55,469 bases of DNA from Flavobacterium sp. (GTDB lineage Bacteria; Bacteroidota; Bacteroidia; Flavobacteriales; Flavobacteriaceae): contig JBILPJ010000001.1 of assembly GCA_044373975.1 (NCBI GenBank), forward strand, positions 1 through 55,469, written 5' to 3'. The notes beneath the pieces are model-generated. The model was not told the origin of the DNA, did no database searches, and saw nothing but the letters and a program-made list of their open reading frames with translations. The position numbers were made by a program, and so were the translations under genes. Shown here one piece after another: positions 51,390 through 55,469 of this stretch. How positions within the stretch are numbered: the first letter of the stretch is position 1; every line of letters begins with the position of its first letter.

Positions 51390-51917
51390 TCACCTCATTT
51401 TCTTGAAAAAATCCCAAATCACAATTCCTGCACTTACGGCAATATTCAAGGAATGTTTGGTTCCTAATTGAGGAATTTCTATTGTTCCGTCACACAATTC
51501 AATTGCATTTTGTGAAACTCCAAAAACTTCATTTCCAAAAACTAAAGCGTATTTTACATTAGTTTCAACTTCAAAATTTTGAAGAAAAATAGCACTTTCA
51601 ACTTGCTCAATGGCAAATATTTTCACACCTTCGGATTTCAGGTTTTCAATGACTTCCAAAACACTTTCGTAATGTTCCCAAACCACAGTTTCTGTTGCTC
51701 CCAAAGCAGTTTTGTGAATTTCTTTATTTGGAGGAGTTGCTGTAATTCCACACAAATATATTTTTTCTATCAAAAAAGCATCGGAAGTTCTAAAAACAGA
51801 ACCAATATTATTCAAACTCCGAATGTCGTCGAGAATAATAATAAGTGGAGTTTTTGTAGCCTCTTTGAAATCATCAATAGATTTTCTGTTTAATTCACTG
51901 TTTTCAAGCTTTCGCAT
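51390..51917 (-). CDS. TrmH/SpoU family RNA methyltransferase
   Basis: NIGSVFRT, VFGNEVFGV, IPQLGTKHSLNIAV; start moved to ATG 51917. Confidence 0.92.
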   Translation of the reverse strand: MRKLENSELNRKSIDDFKEATKTPLIIILDDIRSLNNIGSVFRTSDAFLIEKIYLCGITATPPNKEIHKTALGATETVVWEHYESVLEVIENLKSEGVKIFAIEQVESAIFLQNFEVETNVKYALVFGNEVFGVSQNAIELCDGTIEIPQLGTKHSLNIAVSAGIVIWDFFKKMR

Positions 51918-51939
51918 AATTGTAGGATATTGTTTCAAA

Positions 51940-51971
51940 AAAAAAGCTCCCTAATAAAAGGAAGCTTTTTT
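51940..51971 (-). terminator. Intrinsic terminator after the DUF1573 gene
   Basis: aaaaaagct-cc...gg-a-agcttttt hairpin. Confidence 0.6.
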
Positions 51972-51989
51972 ATATTTATTTAAATAAAT

Positions 51990-52460
51990 TTAGCTTTTTG
52001 GAGTTGCTGGAACTGCAGCTGGAGTAGGATCTGGTAAAACTGTTCCTTTAATTGTCAAAACTTTTGAAGGCTGACCTTCAGCGTTTGAAGATACAGTTAC
52101 TGTTTTTGTAAATGCACCAACTCTATCGGTTGCATATTTTACACCGATAATTCCTTTTGCACCTGGAGCAATTGGCTCTTTTGGAGCTGTTGGAACGGTA
52201 CATCCACAAGATCCTTGTGTGTTTGAAATAATTAATGGTTTGTTACCGTTATTTGTGAAAACAAATTCTCGTTGTCCATCAGCGTTGTGCTCAATAGTTC
52301 CGTAATCGATAGTCTCGGTTTCAAAAACGATTCCTGCACCTTCGGCTTTTGGGGTAGCAACCTTAGCATCTGATGGTGCTTTTGCTTTTTTAATTTCTTG
52401 TGCGTTAGAAGTTGTAACTCCTAAAACTGTTAGCATTGCTAATAAAAATATTTTTTTCAT
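51990..52460 (-). CDS. DUF1573 domain exported protein
   Basis: Signal peptide; F.FTNNGNKPLII..SCGCT.P..PIAPG. Confidence 0.9.
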   Translation of the reverse strand: MKKIFLLAMLTVLGVTTSNAQEIKKAKAPSDAKVATPKAEGAGIVFETETIDYGTIEHNADGQREFVFTNNGNKPLIISNTQGSCGCTVPTAPKEPIAPGAKGIIGVKYATDRVGAFTKTVTVSSNAEGQPSKVLTIKGTVLPDPTPAAVPATPKS

Positions 52461-52623
52461 TGTAATTTTAAATTAAATTATTGGAACAAATCTAAATAAA
52501 AATTTCAATTCAAATAATAAAATTTTCTTAAAATTAAATTAATTCTCTAAAGTCATTAATTCAGTATAAAATAATTAAATTCGCTTTTGGAATATTTACA
52601 TCACATTTAATACAATAAAAACC

Positions 52624-55230
52624 TTGGCAGCTAAAGAAACAGAAGTAAAAGAAACCCCGTTAATGAAGCAATACAACGAAATCAAAAGGAAATATCCTGA
52701 TGCCTGTTTGTTGTTTCGCGTTGGTGATTTTTATGAAACTTTTGGTGAAGATGCTGTCCGTGCGTCAAAAATTCTTGGAATTACTCTCACAAAGCGTGGC
52801 GCAGGTTCAGCAACAGAAACTGCTTTGGCTGGTTTTCCGCACCATTCTATTAATACGTATTTGCCGAAATTAGTAAAAGCGGGACTTCGAGTGGCTATTT
52901 GTGATCAATTGGAAGATCCAAAAATGACAAAGACAATTGTCAAAAGAGGCGTAACCGAATTAATTACACCGGGTGTTTCAATGAATGATGAGGTTTTGCA
53001 ATCAAAATCGAATAATTTCTTGGCTTCTATTTACTTTGGTAAAAAAAATATTGGAATTTCATTTTTAGATGTTTCTACAGGTGAATTTTTAACGGCTCAA
53101 GGAACGGAAGATTACATTGACAAATTATTACAGAATTTCAACCCAAGTGAAGTCTTGATTCCTAAGAATAATAAAAACGATTTTAAGGAAACTTTCGGCG
53201 AAGATTATCATAATTTTTATTTGGAAGATTGGGTTTATAAAGAAGATTATGCATTTGAAACGCTCACAAATCACTTTCAAACGGTTTCTTTAAAAGGATT
53301 TGGAATCGAAGAATTACCCGAAGGAATGATTGCATCGGGAGCAATTTTATTTTATTTATCTGAAACGCAACATAATAAATTACAGCACATTACATCCATT
53401 CAGCGCATTGCAGAAGATGCTTATGTTTGGATGGATCGGTTTACAATTCGGAATTTAGAGTTGTACCACAGTTACAATCCAAATGCGGTAACTTTATTGG
53501 ATGTAATCGATAGAACGCTTTCGCCAATGGGTGGAAGGTTGCTAAAACGTTGGTTGGCATTGCCTTTGAAAGACATTCATAAAATTAGAAATCGGCACGA
53601 AGTGGTTTTGTATTTGAAAGAAAATCAGCCAATTTTAAAGAATATTCAACATCAAATTAAACAGATTTCTGATTTGGAGCGTTTGATTTCTAAAATTGCA
53701 ACTGGAAAAGTTTCCCCGCGCGAAGTGGTTTATTTGAAAGAATCATTGGATGCGATTATTCCAATTAAAAAATTAGCGTTAGAAAGTCCGCAAGAAGCCG
53801 TAAAAGTTATTGGCGACACTTTGCACAGTTGCGAATTATTGCGTGAAAAAATTAAAACAACCTTGAATCAAGATGCGCCTGTTGCTATTGCAAAAGGAAA
53901 TGCGATTGCCAAAGGAATCAGCGAAGAATTGGATGATTTAAGGGCGATTTCAACTTCTGGAAAAGAGTTTTTGGAAGGAATTGAAAAACGAGAATCTGAA
54001 AAAACAGGGATTTCATCATTGAAAATTTCATTTAATAATGTTTTTGGATATTATATAGAAGTTCGAAATACACACAAAGATAAAGTTCCTGCAGAATGGA
54101 TTCGCAAGCAAACTTTGGTAAATGCCGAGCGCTATATCACCGAAGAACTTAAGGAATATGAAACCAAAATCCTCGGTGCCGAAGAAAAAATCCACAAATT
54201 AGAAATGGATTTATTCGAGCAATTGGTCGCTTGGATTACTACTTATATTAAACCCGTTCAGCTTAACGCAAATTTGGTAGCGCAGTTGGATTGCCTGACT
54301 TCTTTTGCACAATTGGCGATTGAAAATAAATATGTTTGCCCGGAATTAGACGAAACTTTTGAATTGGATATAAAAAATGGTCGCCATCCAGTAATTGAAA
54401 AACAATTGCCTGTTGGGATGCCGTATATCGCCAATGATGTTTATTTAGATCGAGATACGCAGCAATTAATTATGATTACGGGACCAAATATGTCTGGTAA
54501 ATCAGCCATTTTACGACAAACTGCTTTGATAGTTTTGTTGGCACAAATGGGAAGTTTTGTACCAGCGGATAACGTAAGAATGGGAATTGTCGATAAAATT
54601 TTCACGAGAGTTGGAGCGAGCGATAATATTTCGATGGGAGAATCCACATTTATGGTTGAGATGAATGAAACGGCTTCGATATTGAATAATTTATCAGATA
54701 GAAGTTTGATTTTATTGGATGAAATTGGAAGAGGAACAAGTACGTATGACGGAATTTCGATTGCGTGGGCAATTGCAGAATTTTTGCACGAACATCCTTC
54801 TAAACCAAAAACGTTATTTGCAACACATTACCACGAGTTGAATGAAATGAGTGAATTGTTGCCACGAATTCAAAACTATAATGTGTCTGTGAAAGAGTTA
54901 AAGGACACGGTGCTTTTCATTAGAAAATTAGTAAAAGGAGGAAGTGCTCATAGTTTTGGAATTCACGTGGCTAAAATGGCTGGAATGCCGCAAACGGTGA
55001 TTTTAAAAGCGCAAAAGCTATTAAAGAAACTTGAAAAAGATCATTCTGGCGATGCGTTAACGGGAATTAAAGCGGAAAAGGAAGAAATGCAAATGAGTTT
55101 CTTTAATTTGGATGATCCTTTATTAGAAGAAATTAAAGAAGAAATACTTAATTTAGACATCAATACCTTGACGCCAATAGAAGCGATGATGAAACTCAAC
55201 GAAATTAAAAGAATGTTGACTAAGAAATAA
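52624..55230 (+). CDS. mutS: DNA mismatch repair protein MutS
   Basis: TPLMKQY, FRVGDFYE, ITGPNMSGKS, STFMVEM, DEIGRGTST, FATHYHEL. Confidence 0.98.
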   Translation: MAAKETEVKETPLMKQYNEIKRKYPDACLLFRVGDFYETFGEDAVRASKILGITLTKRGAGSATETALAGFPHHSINTYLPKLVKAGLRVAICDQLEDPKMTKTIVKRGVTELITPGVSMNDEVLQSKSNNFLASIYFGKKNIGISFLDVSTGEFLTAQGTEDYIDKLLQNFNPSEVLIPKNNKNDFKETFGEDYHNFYLEDWVYKEDYAFETLTNHFQTVSLKGFGIEELPEGMIASGAILFYLSETQHNKLQHITSIQRIAEDAYVWMDRFTIRNLELYHSYNPNAVTLLDVIDRTLSPMGGRLLKRWLALPLKDIHKIRNRHEVVLYLKENQPILKNIQHQIKQISDLERLISKIATGKVSPREVVYLKESLDAIIPIKKLALESPQEAVKVIGDTLHSCELLREKIKTTLNQDAPVAIAKGNAIAKGISEELDDLRAISTSGKEFLEGIEKRESEKTGISSLKISFNNVFGYYIEVRNTHKDKVPAEWIRKQTLVNAERYITEELKEYETKILGAEEKIHKLEMDLFEQLVAWITTYIKPVQLNANLVAQLDCLTSFAQLAIENKYVCPELDETFELDIKNGRHPVIEKQLPVGMPYIANDVYLDRDTQQLIMITGPNMSGKSAILRQTALIVLLAQMGSFVPADNVRMGIVDKIFTRVGASDNISMGESTFMVEMNETASILNNLSDRSLILLDEIGRGTSTYDGISIAWAIAEFLHEHPSKPKTLFATHYHELNEMSELLPRIQNYNVSVKELKDTVLFIRKLVKGGSAHSFGIHVAKMAGMPQTVILKAQKLLKKLEKDHSGDALTGIKAEKEEMQMSFFNLDDPLLEEIKEEILNLDINTLTPIEAMMKLNEIKRMLTKK

Positions 55231-55321
55231 TTTATTTCTGATTTAAAGGCTACGTTATCAGAAGTTTAAATTCTTGCTTTTATTTTTTGCAAAAAAGACT
55301 TGTATAATTGAATAAATGTAT

Positions 55322-55329
55322 TAAATTTG
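55322..55329 (+). promoter_or_regulatory. Bacteroidetes -7 promoter element for tRNA-Gly
   Basis: TAAATTTG with an upstream TTG near 55300. Confidence 0.6.
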
Positions 55330-55377
55330 CCACCGCAATACGGAACAAGTAAAGCGGCTCTTTTTAAAAATTGAAAT

Positions 55378-55450
55378 GCGAAAATAGCTCAGTTGGTAGA
55401 GCGCGACCTTGCCAAGGTCGAGGTCGCGGGTTCGAGCCCCGTTTTTCGCT
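55378..55450 (+). tRNA. tRNA-Gly(GCC)
   Basis: GCGAAAA/TTTTCGC acceptor stem, CGACC-TTGCCAA-GGTCG anticodon arm, GGTTCGAGCCC. Confidence 0.97.
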
Positions 55451-55469
55451 CTATACCATAGAAATTAAA

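Overview
AT-rich chromosomal segment that looks like Flavobacterium (Bacteroidetes), judged from SusC/SusD genes, a T9SS C-terminal sorting domain, TAnnTTTG promoters and mevalonate genes. Left to right: asnS (partial) and dusB; a starch/maltodextrin utilization locus (secreted GH13, susE/D/C, divergent LacI, MFS, pgmB, GH65, GH97, two more GH13, esterase); a flavoprotein and tspO; a mevalonate cluster interrupted by a four-helix-bundle gene bracketed by inverted 7-bp tandem repeats; a 7.4 kb repeat-rich accessory islet at the 3' end of tRNA-Ser(GGA) containing a ~117-bp tandem array, an S1-domain paralogue, a 161-aa unknown gene with a 21/22-bp array, REP-like repeats, an MmeI-like type IIL R-M gene and a second 21-bp array; then housekeeping genes (ansA, acyltransferase, tatD, GH3-like, DUF2797, AsmA-like, sppA, folK-dNK, TrmH-like, DUF1573, mutS, tRNA-Gly) with two toxin-antitoxin pairs. 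The best candidates for an undescribed system are (i) the repeat-bracketed four-helix-bundle cassette, which may be an mRNA intervening sequence or minimal mobile unit, and (ii) the 161-aa gene with its self-complementary 21-bp array. All calls come from reading the sequence by eye; no searches were run.
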